From Candidatus Gallacutalibacter pullistercoris (lineage in GTDB: Bacteria > Bacillota > Clostridia > Oscillospirales > Acutalibacteraceae): DNA of 51,980 nucleotides. This document shows positions 37,449 through 46,980 of the stretch, piece by piece. The position numbers were made by a program, and so were the translations under genes. How positions within the stretch are numbered: position 1 is the stretch's first letter; each line of letters opens with the position of its first letter. Location: contig DVIY01000014.1 in assembly GCA_018710915.1 (NCBI GenBank), positions 1 through 51,980 on the forward strand, written 5' to 3'. A model generated the notes under the pieces. That model was not told where the DNA came from and made no database searches. It worked only from the letters and a program-made list of their open reading frames with translations.

Positions 37449-38113
37449 TAGTTTTTGCCTCCTTCCTTGCGGGGCTTGCGGTTGTCGTGCAGGACTTCAC
37501 CGCGGTACAGCCAAACCTTAACACCGATGCGGCCATAAGTGGTAGCAGCCTCGGCGAAACCATAGTCGATGTCAGCGCGCAGGGTCTGCAGCGGGATGGT
37601 GCCGTCATGATACTGCTCGGTACGAGCAATTTCGGCGCCGCCCAGACGACCGGAAACCTGGGTTTTGATACCCTTGGCGCCCAGCTTCATGCTGCGGCCG
37701 ATGCACAGCTTCATAGCGCGGCGGAAAGAAACTCTCTTTTCCAGCTGCTGTGCAATATTCTCTGCAACCAGCTGTGCGTTCAGATCGGGTTGACGAACCT
37801 CGACAACGTTAATCACGACGGGCTTCTTCAGCATAGCCTCGCACTGAGTACGGAGCTTCTCGATCTCGCTGCCCTTCTGGCCGATAACCATGCCGGGCTT
37901 TGCACAGTGGATGTGGATGCGAACCTTAGAGGCATCGCGCTCAATCTCAATCTTCGGAACACCCGCGGCAGCAAGCTGCTTCTTCAGCACCTTGCGGAGG
38001 TTGTAATCCTCAACCAGAGTATCGCCGAAAACATCTTTTCTGGCGTACCAGCGGGAATCCCAGTCTTTAATGACGCCCACACGGAGACCGTGGGGATTTA
38101 CTTTCTGACCCAT
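37448..38113 (-). CDS. rpsC: 30S ribosomal protein S3
   Basis: [24 protein letters not shown]. Confidence 0.96.
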   Translation of the reverse strand: MGQKVNPHGLRVGVIKDWDSRWYARKDVFGDTLVEDYNLRKVLKKQLAAAGVPKIEIERDASKVRIHIHCAKPGMVIGQKGSEIEKLRTQCEAMLKKPVVINVVEVRQPDLNAQLVAENIAQQLEKRVSFRRAMKLCIGRSMKLGAKGIKTQVSGRLGGAEIARTEQYHDGTIPLQTLRADIDYGFAEAATTYGRIGVKVWLYRGEVLHDNRKPRKEGGKN

Positions 38114-38133
38114 AATTTAACCTCCTCTTCCGC

Positions 38134-38469
38134 TTATTCCTTTTCCTTCAGCACCAGGGTGATGTGCGAGGTTCTCTTCAGAATTCTGAATGCACGACCC
38201 TGTGCTCTCGGACGGATACGCTTCAGGATCGGTCCGGGGGCTACGGAGCACTCGGCAACATACAGCTTCGTGACATCCATGTTGTGATTATTTTCAGCAT
38301 TTGCCATCGCGGACTTCAGCAGCTTCTCCAGATCTTCGCATGCGGCCTTGGGCGTATGCTTCAGAATAGCCAGTGCCAGGTCGGCGGGCTTGTTTCTGAT
38401 GAGATCCAGAACGATCTGCACCTTACGGGGCGAAATGCGGGCGTATTTAAGAACTGCCCTTGCTTCCAT
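38134..38469 (-). CDS. rplV: 50S ribosomal protein L22
   Basis: [30 protein letters not shown] at 38469 follows AAAGGAG. The track ORF is over-extended to 38565. Confidence 0.95.
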   Translation of the reverse strand: MEARAVLKYARISPRKVQIVLDLIRNKPADLALAILKHTPKAACEDLEKLLKSAMANAENNHNMDVTKLYVAECSVAPGPILKRIRPRAQGRAFRILKRTSHITLVLKEKE

Positions 38470-38491
38470 GCTATACACTCCTTTCGGCCAA

Positions 38492-38764
38492 TTACTTAGA
38501 GGTCTTGGAACCGGCGTGGCCCTTAAAGGTACGGGTGGGGGCGAACTCGCCCAGCTTGTGACCAACCATATCTTCAGTTACATACACCGGAACATGCTTG
38601 CGGCCATCGTGTACAGCGATGGTGTGGCCAACGAAATCCGGGAAGATCACAGAGGCGCGGCTCCAGGTCTTCACGATCTTCTTTTCGCCGGCTGCGTTCA
38701 TTTCCTGAATCCTTTTCAGCAGCACAGGCTGTACGAAAGGACCCTTTTTAATGCTTCTGCTCAT
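38492..38764 (-). CDS. rpsS: 30S ribosomal protein S19
   Basis: [19 protein letters not shown]... Confidence 0.96.
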   Translation of the reverse strand: MSRSIKKGPFVQPVLLKRIQEMNAAGEKKIVKTWSRASVIFPDFVGHTIAVHDGRKHVPVYVTEDMVGHKLGEFAPTRTFKGHAGSKTSK

Positions 38765-38793
38765 AAAAAATCATTAGCTCCTTTCTGTACGCC

Positions 38794-39627
38794 TTATTTG
38801 CCGTTTCTGCGGCGGACAATGAACTTGTCGCTGCGGTTGTGGGTCTTGCGGGTCTTATAACCCAGAGCAGGCTTGCCCCAGGGGGTAACAGGTCCGGGAC
38901 GGCCTACGGGGCTCTTGCCTTCACCACCACCGTGCGGGTGATCGTTGGGGTTCATAACAGAACCACGAACGGTAGGTCTCCAGCCCATGTGACGCTTACG
39001 GCCAGCCTTACCGATCTTCACATTCTCGTGGTCGATGTTGCTGACCTGGCCGATGGTGGCCATGCAGGCGTCGGGCACGTTGCGCAGCTCGCCGGAGGGC
39101 AGACGGAGCAGGGCCATGCCGTTCTCCTTTGCCATCAGCTGCGCCATAATGCCGGCAGCTCTTGCCAGCTGAGCGCCCTTACCAGGATACAGCTCCACGT
39201 TGTGGATAAAAGTACCGGTGGGGATTGCGGACAGGGGCAGGGCGTTGCCAGTCTTGATGTCGGCCTCAGCGCCGGAAACAATCTTGTCGCCGACTTTCAG
39301 GCCGTTGGGGGCGATGATATATCTCTTCTCGCCATCCTCATACTGCACCAGAGCGATGAAAGCGGAACGGTTGGGATCGTACTCGATAGTGAGAACGGTA
39401 GCCTCAACGTCGTGCTTCTGTCGCTTGAAGTCGATGATGCGGTACTTGGTGCGGTTTCCGCCGCCTCTGTGGCGAACGGTGATGCGGCCATAGCTGTTAC
39501 GGCCGGAACGGTGCTTCATAGGAGCCAGCAGGCTCTTCTCCGGCGCCACCTTGGACAGGGAGGAATAATCGGTAACGGACATATTCCGCCGTGCCGGGGT
39601 CGTCGGCTTATAGTTAATGATTGGCAT
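38794..39627 (-). CDS. rplB: 50S ribosomal protein L2
   Basis: [14 protein letters not shown]...; [16 protein letters not shown]; [13 protein letters not shown]. Confidence 0.97.
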   Translation of the reverse strand: MPIINYKPTTPARRNMSVTDYSSLSKVAPEKSLLAPMKHRSGRNSYGRITVRHRGGGNRTKYRIIDFKRQKHDVEATVLTIEYDPNRSAFIALVQYEDGEKRYIIAPNGLKVGDKIVSGAEADIKTGNALPLSAIPTGTFIHNVELYPGKGAQLARAAGIMAQLMAKENGMALLRLPSGELRNVPDACMATIGQVSNIDHENVKIGKAGRKRHMGWRPTVRGSVMNPNDHPHGGGEGKSPVGRPGPVTPWGKPALGYKTRKTHNRSDKFIVRRRNGK

Positions 39628-39716
39628 TCGGTTTCACACTCCTCATGTTGGCTTTGCGGGAAGATTGCCACTCCTTCCCATATCTGCCTCTTGGGCTCGG
39701 GCGGTGTAAGGGTTTC

Positions 39717-40007
39717 TTACATCATACCCTCGAAGAACTCGATGGTCTTGCTGTCGTCGGTCAGGGTAACAACAGCCTTTTTCCAGGACTTGGTGTAGCC
39801 CTGATAGCGGCCCTGACGGCGCAGGCGGCCTCTCACGTGAAGGGTGTTGACCTTCTTCACCTTCACGCCGAACAGCTCTTCAACTGCTCTGGCAATCTCA
39901 ATCTTGCCGGCCTTGGGGGCAACCTCGAAGGTGTACTTCTTCATGCCCATGCCAGCCATGGATTTTTCGGTAATGACCGGGCGGATTACGATATCCTGTG
40001 CAACCAT
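39717..40007 (-). CDS. rplW: 50S ribosomal protein L23
   Basis: ...IVIRPVITEKSMAGMGMKKYTFEV. Confidence 0.94.
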   Translation of the reverse strand: MVAQDIVIRPVITEKSMAGMGMKKYTFEVAPKAGKIEIARAVEELFGVKVKKVNTLHVRGRLRRQGRYQGYTKSWKKAVVTLTDDSKTIEFFEGMM

Positions 40008-40630
40008 TATGCGTATACCTCCTCGATCTTGGAAACAGCACCCTTGGCGACGATAAACATATCGGCGTTGAGGATGTCGTAGACATTCAGGGTGTTCACC
40101 TGGGCGGTCTTGACGCCGGGGATGTTGGCGGCGGAAGCGATGACCTTCTTGTCCAGCTCGGGCAGAACGATAAGGGCCTTCTTCTCAGCGCCGACGGCTT
40201 TCAGCATAGCCGCAATGTTCTTGGTCTTGTACTCTTCGGTGGCAATGTTGTCGATGACCACCATCTGGTTGTCAGCAACCTTGCTGGAGAGCGCGCTCAG
40301 CATAGCCAGGCGGCGGACCTTCTTGTTCAGTGTATAACGATAGCAGCGGGGCTTCGGGGCAAAAACGATACCGCCGTGGGTCCACTGGGGAGCACGGGTG
40401 CTGCCCTGACGGGCGTGGCCGGTACCCTTTTGTCTCCAGGGCTTATTGCCGCCGCCGGAAACCTCTGCACGGGTGAGAGCGCTCTGGGTGCCCTGACGGC
40501 GATTGGCCAGAATGTTCTTCACTACATCATGCATCACTGCAACGTTGGGTTCAATTCCGAATACAGCCTCATTCAATTCGATCTTTTCGATCTCCTTGCC
40601 GGCCATATCTAAAACTGCTACTGTAGGCAT
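40007..40630 (-). CDS. rplD: 50S ribosomal protein L4
   Basis: ...GGGNKPWRQKGTGHARQGSTRAPQWTHGG. Confidence 0.96.
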   Translation of the reverse strand: MPTVAVLDMAGKEIEKIELNEAVFGIEPNVAVMHDVVKNILANRRQGTQSALTRAEVSGGGNKPWRQKGTGHARQGSTRAPQWTHGGIVFAPKPRCYRYTLNKKVRRLAMLSALSSKVADNQMVVIDNIATEEYKTKNIAAMLKAVGAEKKALIVLPELDKKVIASAANIPGVKTAQVNTLNVYDILNADMFIVAKGAVSKIEEVYA

Positions 40631-40647
40631 GTTTGTTCCTCCTTCCC

Positions 40648-41280
40648 TTACGCTTTCACGCTGTCGCGGATAACCACGATACCGCCGTTGGGGCCGGGTA
40701 CAGCGCCTTTTACAGCGATCAGATTGTTCTCAGCGTCAATTTTGGCTACCATCAGGTTCTGAACAGTTACCTGCTCCGCACCCATGTGGCCGGGCAGTCT
40801 CTTGCCCTTGAACACGCGGGAAGGATCAGAAACAGGGCCATTGGAGCCGGCATGGCGGGCCACAGGGCCGGTACCATGGGTTTCCTTCAGGCGGTGCAGA
40901 CCCCAGCGCTTGATAGCGCCGGCATAACCCTTACCTTTGCTGGTGCCGGTTACGTCTACCTTATCGCCTACGGCGAAAATGTCAGCCTTAATCAGGTCGC
41001 CTACATTGTAAGCGTCGGTGTCCTCCAGGCGGAATTCGCGCAGAGTTCTTTTGGGAGCCACATTGCCCTTTGCGAAATGGCCCTTCATGGGCTTGTTCAC
41101 ACGGTGGGCCTTCAGGTCGCCGAAGCCCACCTGGATGGCTGCGTAGCCGTCATTTTCAACAGTCTTCTTCTGGGAAACGACGCAGGGGCCGGCTTCCACA
41201 ACTGTTACGGGAATGACTTTGCCCGTCTCATCAAAGATCTGCGTCATGCCGATCTTCTTACCGATGATTCCTTTTTGCAT
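40648..41280 (-). CDS. rplC: 50S ribosomal protein L3
   Basis: [33 protein letters not shown]. Confidence 0.96.
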   Translation of the reverse strand: MQKGIIGKKIGMTQIFDETGKVIPVTVVEAGPCVVSQKKTVENDGYAAIQVGFGDLKAHRVNKPMKGHFAKGNVAPKRTLREFRLEDTDAYNVGDLIKADIFAVGDKVDVTGTSKGKGYAGAIKRWGLHRLKETHGTGPVARHAGSNGPVSDPSRVFKGKRLPGHMGAEQVTVQNLMVAKIDAENNLIAVKGAVPGPNGGIVVIRDSVKA

Positions 41281-41363
41281 GAAATATACCTCCTGTGCAG
41301 GTTATTGGTTGACCCTTTCAGGCCAACATGACCCCGACCGTCCGGTTGGTTGAGAACCAGGCC

Positions 41364-41675
41364 TTACAGCTTGATCTCGATCTCAACGCCAGCGGGGAGT
41401 TCCAGGCCCATCAAAGACTCAACGGTCTTGTTGGAGGGCCGCAGAATGTCGATCAGTCTCTTATGGGTACGCATTTCGAACTGCTCACGGCTATCCTTAT
41501 ATTTATGGACAGCACGCAAAATGGTGATTACCTGCTTCTCAGTAGGCAGCGGCACAGGACCGGATACACGAGCCCCCGTGCGCTTTGCAGTTGCGACGAT
41601 CTTTTCGGCGGACTGGTCCACCAGCTGATGATCGTACCCCTTGATGCGAATTCTGATTTTTTCCTTGACTGCCAC
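41364..41675 (-). CDS. rpsJ: 30S ribosomal protein S10
   Basis: ...[24 protein letters not shown]. The track starts at ATG 41681, only 2 nt after GGAGG. The GTG at 41675 has 8-nt spacing and gives the usual MAxxKIRIR N-terminus. Confidence 0.93.
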   Translation of the reverse strand: MAVKEKIRIRIKGYDHQLVDQSAEKIVATAKRTGARVSGPVPLPTEKQVITILRAVHKYKDSREQFEMRTHKRLIDILRPSNKTVESLMGLELPAGVEIEIKL

Positions 41676-41755
41676 TGTCATCGCCTCCTTGAAAGTAGTT
41701 GGCGGGCGGCGCCTTTATTTTTCACACCTTGCCGGGTGTTTCGCACCCTGACATT

Positions 41756-41790
41756 TAAAAACCGGATTCACTTTTACGCAGAATCCGGGT
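41756..41790 (-). terminator. Terminator-like attenuator hairpin inside the S10-operon leader
   Basis: Minus strand ccggattc-(11 nt)-gaatccgg followed by ttttt. It lies about 80 nt upstream of the rpsJ start. Confidence 0.45.
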
Positions 41791-42026
41791 GTGGACAAAT
41801 AAAAAACGTCTGAGCTGCCGTTGGCCATTTCCCAAGCCGGAAATCCGGCGCCGGTGATTCCGGCATGGCGCACTTTTCGGTGAGTAACAGGCCGAAAGCG
41901 CGTGGCACAGCATATCTCATATTCTTGTCGCCCGGTTTAAAATCGGACATACTCCACGGAAAAACCGGCTGATTCAGCCGCAACCTCCCGCTTCATCGCA
42001 TATCGTGTCGCAGTCTTGACTTGCTT

Positions 42027-42055
42027 ATATTATCACATCCCGCGCGAAAACGCAA
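42027..42055 (-). promoter_or_regulatory. Candidate sigma-A promoter of the S10-spc-alpha cluster
   Basis: Minus strand TTGCGT-N17-TAATAT. The alternative is TGtGATAAT extended -10. Implies a leader of about 335 nt. Confidence 0.4.
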
Positions 42056-42290
42056 GAACTTTTTTCTCTTTTTTGTCAGAATATTTTTTGATTTTTTTGT
42101 CTATAATGCCAGTTGTTTTCGCCTGTAAAATTTGACCGGTTTTTTCGATTCCCATGCGAAAAAAGCAGCACTTCTGACAACCACGCATCCGGGTGTCTCT
42201 TCACGGAATCTTGCATCTGAATTTCCCGCGTGTTATCATACGCAGAGAAGCTCTGGTTTTGTCTATAATATAAAGAAAAGGGGAACTGGG

Positions 42291-42797
42291 ATGAACCTGC
42301 GAGAAAACACCTGCTGCTTCACCGGGCACCGGGAAATCCCCGCAAATCAGCGTGAAGCGCTGCAAGCCATATTGGAGGACCGGCTGCGTTATTTGATTGC
42401 ATGCGGTTACAGCCGCTTTTGCTGCGGTGCTGCCCGTGGATTTGACACGTTGGCGGCACAGACAGTCTGGTCTCTAAAACAGGAATTCCCCGACATTACT
42501 CTCCGCCTGTTTCTCCCTTACCAGGGGAGCACCTTACAATGGTCGGAAAAAAGAATGAAAGAATGGCGTTTTATCCTTCCAGATTCAGAGTATGCCCCAG
42601 CACCAGACCACTATTTTCAGGGCTGCTTCCACCAAAGGAACCGAGCTATGGTAGACGAAAGCAGTTGCTGTATCACATATTTGACAAAAAAACGCGGCGG
42701 AACACAGTACACGGTTCAATATGCAAGGAAACAAGGCATTGAAGTGATTGACCTGACACAATTTGCCCTGTTTCAACAGAAAACAGCCACCTTCTGA
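42291..42797 (+). CDS. DUF1273/SLOG-family protein (YpsA/YoqJ-like)
   Basis: ATG at 42291 follows AAAGGGGAA. MNLRENTCCFTGHREIPANQREAL...SRFCCGAARGFDTLAAQ. 168 aa. The track ORF (from 42132) is an in-frame upstream extension. Confidence 0.65.
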   Translation: MNLRENTCCFTGHREIPANQREALQAILEDRLRYLIACGYSRFCCGAARGFDTLAAQTVWSLKQEFPDITLRLFLPYQGSTLQWSEKRMKEWRFILPDSEYAPAPDHYFQGCFHQRNRAMVDESSCCITYLTKKRGGTQYTVQYARKQGIEVIDLTQFALFQQKTATF

Positions 42798-42819
42798 ATG
42801 TCCACAGAAGATGGCTGTT
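42782..42819. terminator. 15-bp-stem hairpin at the convergent junction of the DUF1273 gene and the ABC-2 operon
   Basis: aacagccaccttctg-(8 nt)-cagaagatggctgtt with one mismatch. It overlaps the DUF1273 stop. On the minus strand it is followed by tttctgtt. Confidence 0.55.
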
Positions 42820-42825
42820 GCTTCC

Positions 42826-42842
42826 TATATATATATATATAT
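42826..42842. repeat. (TA)8 dinucleotide microsatellite
   Basis: tatatatatatatatat, abutting the stop codon of the ABC-2 permease gene. Confidence 0.95.
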
Positions 42843-43618
42843 TATGAACCTGTTGACTGATAATGCCGCACGCCAAACCGCCAGAATCCCCAGCAGGGCA
42901 GCAGAAATACAATACAGACCAAAGGGGAAAGCATGCACCACAGGGAATCGCTCTTTCCCAATAAATACAGCAGCGGCCAATATTGAAAACAGGCAATCGG
43001 AACCATAAAGGTAAAAAAGCGCAGAATCCCGTCGCCATAAATACTCATGGGGTAGGAGCCGAATTCTTTTCCCCCGTCCGTAAAGATATTCATGAACTCC
43101 AATCCCTCAACTGTAAAGAAACAAATTGCCGCATAGATCAAGAACAGCCCGCAGAATACGCACACTCCACCGATTAGCATAAACAGCAGAACCAGCACCC
43201 GCTGAACATTCCATTCTACCCCGCTTACAGGCAGGGCATACAGAAACACCAGAAACGCCTGAAGCAGGCGGCCAATTTTGCTCAGTTCAATTTTGCCCGA
43301 CAACACCAGGAAAATCTCATTTCTGGGGCGCAGCAGGATGCGGTCAAACTCTGCATTTTGAATCGTGGAAGAAAACGTGTCGAAGCCCCGAAAGAATCCT
43401 TCGCACCACGAGAAAGCCATCAAGGTAACAGAAAAACACAAGAGCACCTGCTCAAAGGTAAATCCATCAACCTGATGGAACCGGTCAAAAAGAAACCAGA
43501 CACTTAAAAAAGCTGAAAAAGCCAAAATAAACTGCCCCAGAGTCATCAGAAAAAAAGAGGATTTATACTGCATCATACTGCGCAGATGCAGCGAGAAGAA
43601 TTTTGCATATAACTTCAT
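42842..43618 (-). CDS. ABC-2 family transporter permease (COG3694/COG4587 type)
   Basis: 258-aa six-TM protein. Third gene of an ATPase-permease-permease operon. Confidence 0.7.
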   Translation of the reverse strand: MKLYAKFFSLHLRSMMQYKSSFFLMTLGQFILAFSAFLSVWFLFDRFHQVDGFTFEQVLLCFSVTLMAFSWCEGFFRGFDTFSSTIQNAEFDRILLRPRNEIFLVLSGKIELSKIGRLLQAFLVFLYALPVSGVEWNVQRVLVLLFMLIGGVCVFCGLFLIYAAICFFTVEGLEFMNIFTDGGKEFGSYPMSIYGDGILRFFTFMVPIACFQYWPLLYLLGKSDSLWCMLSPLVCIVFLLPCWGFWRFGVRHYQSTGS

Positions 43619-43632
43619 GTATCAGCACCCCC

Positions 43633-44436
43633 TTAACCGCCCTGCACCACGACACGATGCAAAGCCCTGCGCATCATCCACATACCCAAAACCAGCAATG
43701 CAGCAAACCAGAACAGCTGCAATCCTATCGCCCATGCTGCTGCCTGTCCGGAAAGATCTCCGCTATATACCCGCAGCGGGACATTCTGCATGGAAGCAAA
43801 AGGCAGCAGTTCGACTGCCTGCCGAAATCCATCAGGAAAAAAAGGCAGTGGGAGCAAAGAACCGGAAAGCAGGTCAGCTGCTGAAACAGCCGCCATGCGC
43901 ACACCGGTAGGAGAAATGGTGTAAAAAGTAATGATATAGATAACCATTGTAAAGGCTACTATTACTCCTAATGCGAGAAAAAGAGAAAAAACAAAAAGCA
44001 AAGCTGTTCCTGCATCCGGCGGCAGGATTATGCCGTAAGGGGCGGGGAGAATTGACGCAAACACCAGTACTGGTACACAGCGCAGCGCAGCCCGGGCCAT
44101 ACGGTTGGCGGAAGCTTTCAAAAACCACTGGCTATAAAGCCCCATAGGCCGGCACAGTTCATAGGCAATATTTCCGGTAGAAACTGCTTCGAAAATATCA
44201 TTTTCAAAGCTCCATGCATTGAGCATGGCTAAAAACGCCTGTTGAAGCCATATGTAAGAAGACAGTTCCTGAAATCCCATAGGAAAATTCTCTGGGGCAC
44301 TGCGGTAAAAGGCCGCAAACATGAGCAGCAGCATCCCGCCCCAGAAAAACTGGGTAGCCATACCCGCCAGCGCCGCTGCCCGGTATTGCAGGGCATTGAT
44401 AAAACGAATCCGGAAAAAAGAGACGTATTTTCTCAT
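43633..44436 (-). CDS. ABC-2 family transporter permease (COG4587/COG3694 type)
   Basis: MRKYVSFFRIRFINALQYRAAALAGMATQFFWG. ATG at 44436 follows GGAGG. The track ORF is over-extended to 44550. Confidence 0.7.
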   Translation of the reverse strand: MRKYVSFFRIRFINALQYRAAALAGMATQFFWGGMLLLMFAAFYRSAPENFPMGFQELSSYIWLQQAFLAMLNAWSFENDIFEAVSTGNIAYELCRPMGLYSQWFLKASANRMARAALRCVPVLVFASILPAPYGIILPPDAGTALLFVFSLFLALGVIVAFTMVIYIITFYTISPTGVRMAAVSAADLLSGSLLPLPFFPDGFRQAVELLPFASMQNVPLRVYSGDLSGQAAAWAIGLQLFWFAALLVLGMWMMRRALHRVVVQGG

Positions 44437-44449
44437 TGCCTCCGCCCCC

Positions 44450-45421
44450 TTACACCTGGTATTCCCGGTAAAGGGAGACCACCATTTCTTCTGCATCCGG
44501 CCCTTTGACCGAAATATCAGTAATGGAAAGCGCTCCGGTAAGGGAAGCAATCACCCGGGCCGTATCTTCCCGGGTACCATCGGTAGCTACCGTCAGCCGC
44601 CCCGGCTCCTGCTGTACAATCTCCAACCCGGAAAGTACCTGCACGTCTCCCCCATTATACGAAACTGTAACACTGCCCCGGCCATACTGCTGCTTGAGCT
44701 GTTCGAGCGTACCGTCCAACAGCAGCCGTCCTTTTCCAATCAGCAAAATCCGCTGGGCCAGCGCTTCAATATCCTGCATGTCATGTGTCGTCAGAATCAC
44801 TGTGACGCCCCGGTCGCGATTGATTTCCCGAATAAAATCCCGTACTGCCAGTTTGGATACCGCATCCAGCCCGATCGTGGGTTCATCCAAAAACAGTACC
44901 TTCGGGTCATGAAGCAGTGAAGCTGCAATTTCACAGCGCATGCGCTGTCCCAGTGAAAGCTGCCGGGTAGGGGTACGCAGCAGGCTCTCCAACTGCAGCC
45001 GTTCTGTAAGCTCCGATACGTTCGCGCGGTAACGGCTTTCCGGCACCCGGTAAATATCCCGGAGAAGGTCAAAGGAATCCCCGACCGGTACATCCCACCA
45101 TAGCTGTGACCGCTGGCCGAATACCACACCGATCTCCGCCACATGTTCCCGGCGTTGTTTCCATGGTGTGCGCCCATTGATGTCACATTCTCCGCTGTCC
45201 GGCGTAAGAATTCCGCTTAAAATCTTTACCGTAGTGCTTTTTCCGGCGCCGTTAGGGCCGATGTATCCTACCACCTGTCCATCAGGGATGGTAAAAGAAA
45301 CATCGTTCAGCGCCTGCACAAACTCCCGTTCCCGGTGAAACAGCGATTGCGCTGCATGTTTCAGCCCGCTCTTCCGCCGGGAAACGACAAATTGTTTGGA
45401 TAAATGACGTACTGCAATCAT
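44450..45421 (-). CDS. ABC transporter ATP-binding protein (COG4586 type, with C-terminal extra domain)
   Basis: Walker A GPNGAGKST, signature LSLGQRMR, Walker B LFLDEPTIGLD. ATG at 45421 follows AGGAGGG. Confidence 0.85.
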   Translation of the reverse strand: MIAVRHLSKQFVVSRRKSGLKHAAQSLFHREREFVQALNDVSFTIPDGQVVGYIGPNGAGKSTTVKILSGILTPDSGECDINGRTPWKQRREHVAEIGVVFGQRSQLWWDVPVGDSFDLLRDIYRVPESRYRANVSELTERLQLESLLRTPTRQLSLGQRMRCEIAASLLHDPKVLFLDEPTIGLDAVSKLAVRDFIREINRDRGVTVILTTHDMQDIEALAQRILLIGKGRLLLDGTLEQLKQQYGRGSVTVSYNGGDVQVLSGLEIVQQEPGRLTVATDGTREDTARVIASLTGALSITDISVKGPDAEEMVVSLYREYQV

Positions 45422-45530
45422 TGGATTCCCTCCTAAACCAGGCAAAGCCCGTTTTTAAATGATAAAAGATTTCTGCAAAATCCGAAATCTTTCTGCATAA
45501 ATTTCATAAAATTATTGCGCAGGAATTCCT

Positions 45531-45559
45531 ATTATAGAAGAGGAAACCGCTGAAAACAA
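45531..45559 (-). promoter_or_regulatory. Candidate promoter of the ABC-2 operon
   Basis: Minus strand TTGTTT-N17-TATAAT. Confidence 0.4.
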
Positions 45560-45619
45560 GTAAAATCGTGCCATTTCTGCAATAAAGCGCACACGCCTCC
45601 AAGCGTTTCTTATCGAAAC

Positions 45620-45657
45620 CAAAAGAAAAAGACAGCAGAAACTCCATCTGCTGCCTC
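45620..45657 (-). terminator. Rho-independent terminator of hflX
   Basis: Minus strand gcagcaga-(loop)-tctgctg followed by tctttttctttt. Confidence 0.65.
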
Positions 45658-45696
45658 TTTAATTAAGATAAATATCCGATTCAAAAACCGTATATT

Positions 45697-46980
45697 TTAT
45701 TCTGCTCCGTCCGGCTCACCAGCGGGAGCATCTTCTATCCGGTACGCTTCTACTGCTGCAAGAAGCTCTGGCGGAACACTGGCTTTGAGAGAAAGACCCT
45801 CTGCTACATATTCTTCCTCCAACACTTCGCCTTCCCGGCGGATTCTGGCTGCCAGGCCAGCCTGTGCAAAGGGGAGCAGCAGCTGTACAACCTGCATTTT
45901 AACAGGCAGATTTTCTTCAATTGCCTGTAAAAGCGCATCAATACCGCCACCATGCAGCGCACTGATACGAACCGCACCGCCGATTACCGGCATATCCATC
46001 AGTGCTGGCACCAAGTCGCATTTATTCATTACCGGAATCACCGGACGATCTCCACACCCCAGCTCTGCCAAAAGCATTTCAGTCACTTCCAGATGAATTC
46101 TCGCCTCTGGGCTGGACGCATCGCATACATTCAGAATAATATCAGCTTCTGCCGCCTGCTCCAGCGTAGAGCGGAACGCCTGCACAAGATGATGCGGCAA
46201 CCTCCGTACCAGCCCAACTGTATCAATCAGCATAACGGTTTTTCCACCAGGCAGCTTCAAAGCTCTGGCGGTTGGGTCCAGGGTGGCGAACAGCTTATCT
46301 TCTGCCAACACGCCAGCCTGTGTCAGCCGGTTCATCAGGGTGCTCTTTCCCGCGTTGGTGTATCCAACCAGCGCTACCGTAATGACGCCGTCCTTTTCCC
46401 TGCGGCGGCGAATCTGTTCCCGGCGTTTCTCCACCTGCTCCAACTGTTCCCGCAGAGAGGCAATCCGGCGGCGGATATGACGCCGGTCACTTTCCAGCTT
46501 GGTTTCGCCGGGGCCGCGGGTACCTACACCGCCCCCCAACCGGGAAAGCTGGGTACCTTTTCCCATCAGGCGCGGAAGCATATACTTCAGCTGTGCCAGC
46601 TCTACCTGCAATTTACCTTCGCTGCTTCTGGCGCGCTGCGCAAAGATATCCAGAATCAGCATCGTGCGATCCACTACCCGGACTTCTGTCTTTTCTTCGA
46701 TATTGCGAATCTGGGTTGGGGTTAACTCCCTGTCGAATACCAGCAAGTCAATTTCCTGCATCCGGCAGGCACCGGCAATCTCTTCCAGCATACCGGAGCC
46801 CACACAGGTCGCTGTATCCGGAGCAGGCCGTTTTTGCATCACAGAAGACGCCGGCTCCGCACCGGCACTCTTTACCAGCTCATACAGTTCCTCCAAAGAG
46901 GATTGTGCATCAAATTCTCCGGTATCCAGCGACACCAGCAGCGCCCGCTCGGGGCGTTCTTCCATTGTCGTCCATTCCAT
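45697..46980 (-). CDS. hflX: GTPase HflX
   Basis: HflX N-domain (LVFDRELTPTQIRNIEEKT), G1 GYTNAGKST, G3 DTVG, G4 NKCD. 427 aa. Confidence 0.93.
   Translation of the reverse strand: MEWTTMEERPERALLVSLDTGEFDAQSSLEELYELVKSAGAEPASSVMQKRPAPDTATCVGSGMLEEIAGACRMQEIDLLVFDRELTPTQIRNIEEKTEVRVVDRTMLILDIFAQRARSSEGKLQVELAQLKYMLPRLMGKGTQLSRLGGGVGTRGPGETKLESDRRHIRRRIASLREQLEQVEKRREQIRRRREKDGVITVALVGYTNAGKSTLMNRLTQAGVLAEDKLFATLDPTARALKLPGGKTVMLIDTVGLVRRLPHHLVQAFRSTLEQAAEADIILNVCDASSPEARIHLEVTEMLLAELGCGDRPVIPVMNKCDLVPALMDMPVIGGAVRISALHGGGIDALLQAIEENLPVKMQVVQLLLPFAQAGLAARIRREGEVLEEEYVAEGLSLKASVPPELLAAVEAYRIEDAPAGEPDGAE

Noticed and set aside
41774-41983. 69-aa minus-strand ORF inside the S10 leader
   Set aside because: It has no RBS, spans several RNA hairpins, and its composition is atypical. 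The region is treated as 5' leader RNA.
42132-42290. 53-codon N-terminal extension of the DUF1273 ORF, as given in the ORF track
   Set aside because: The family N-terminus (..CCFTGHR..) begins right after the ATG at 42291, which has its own RBS. The upstream part contains promoter-like AT-rich sequence.
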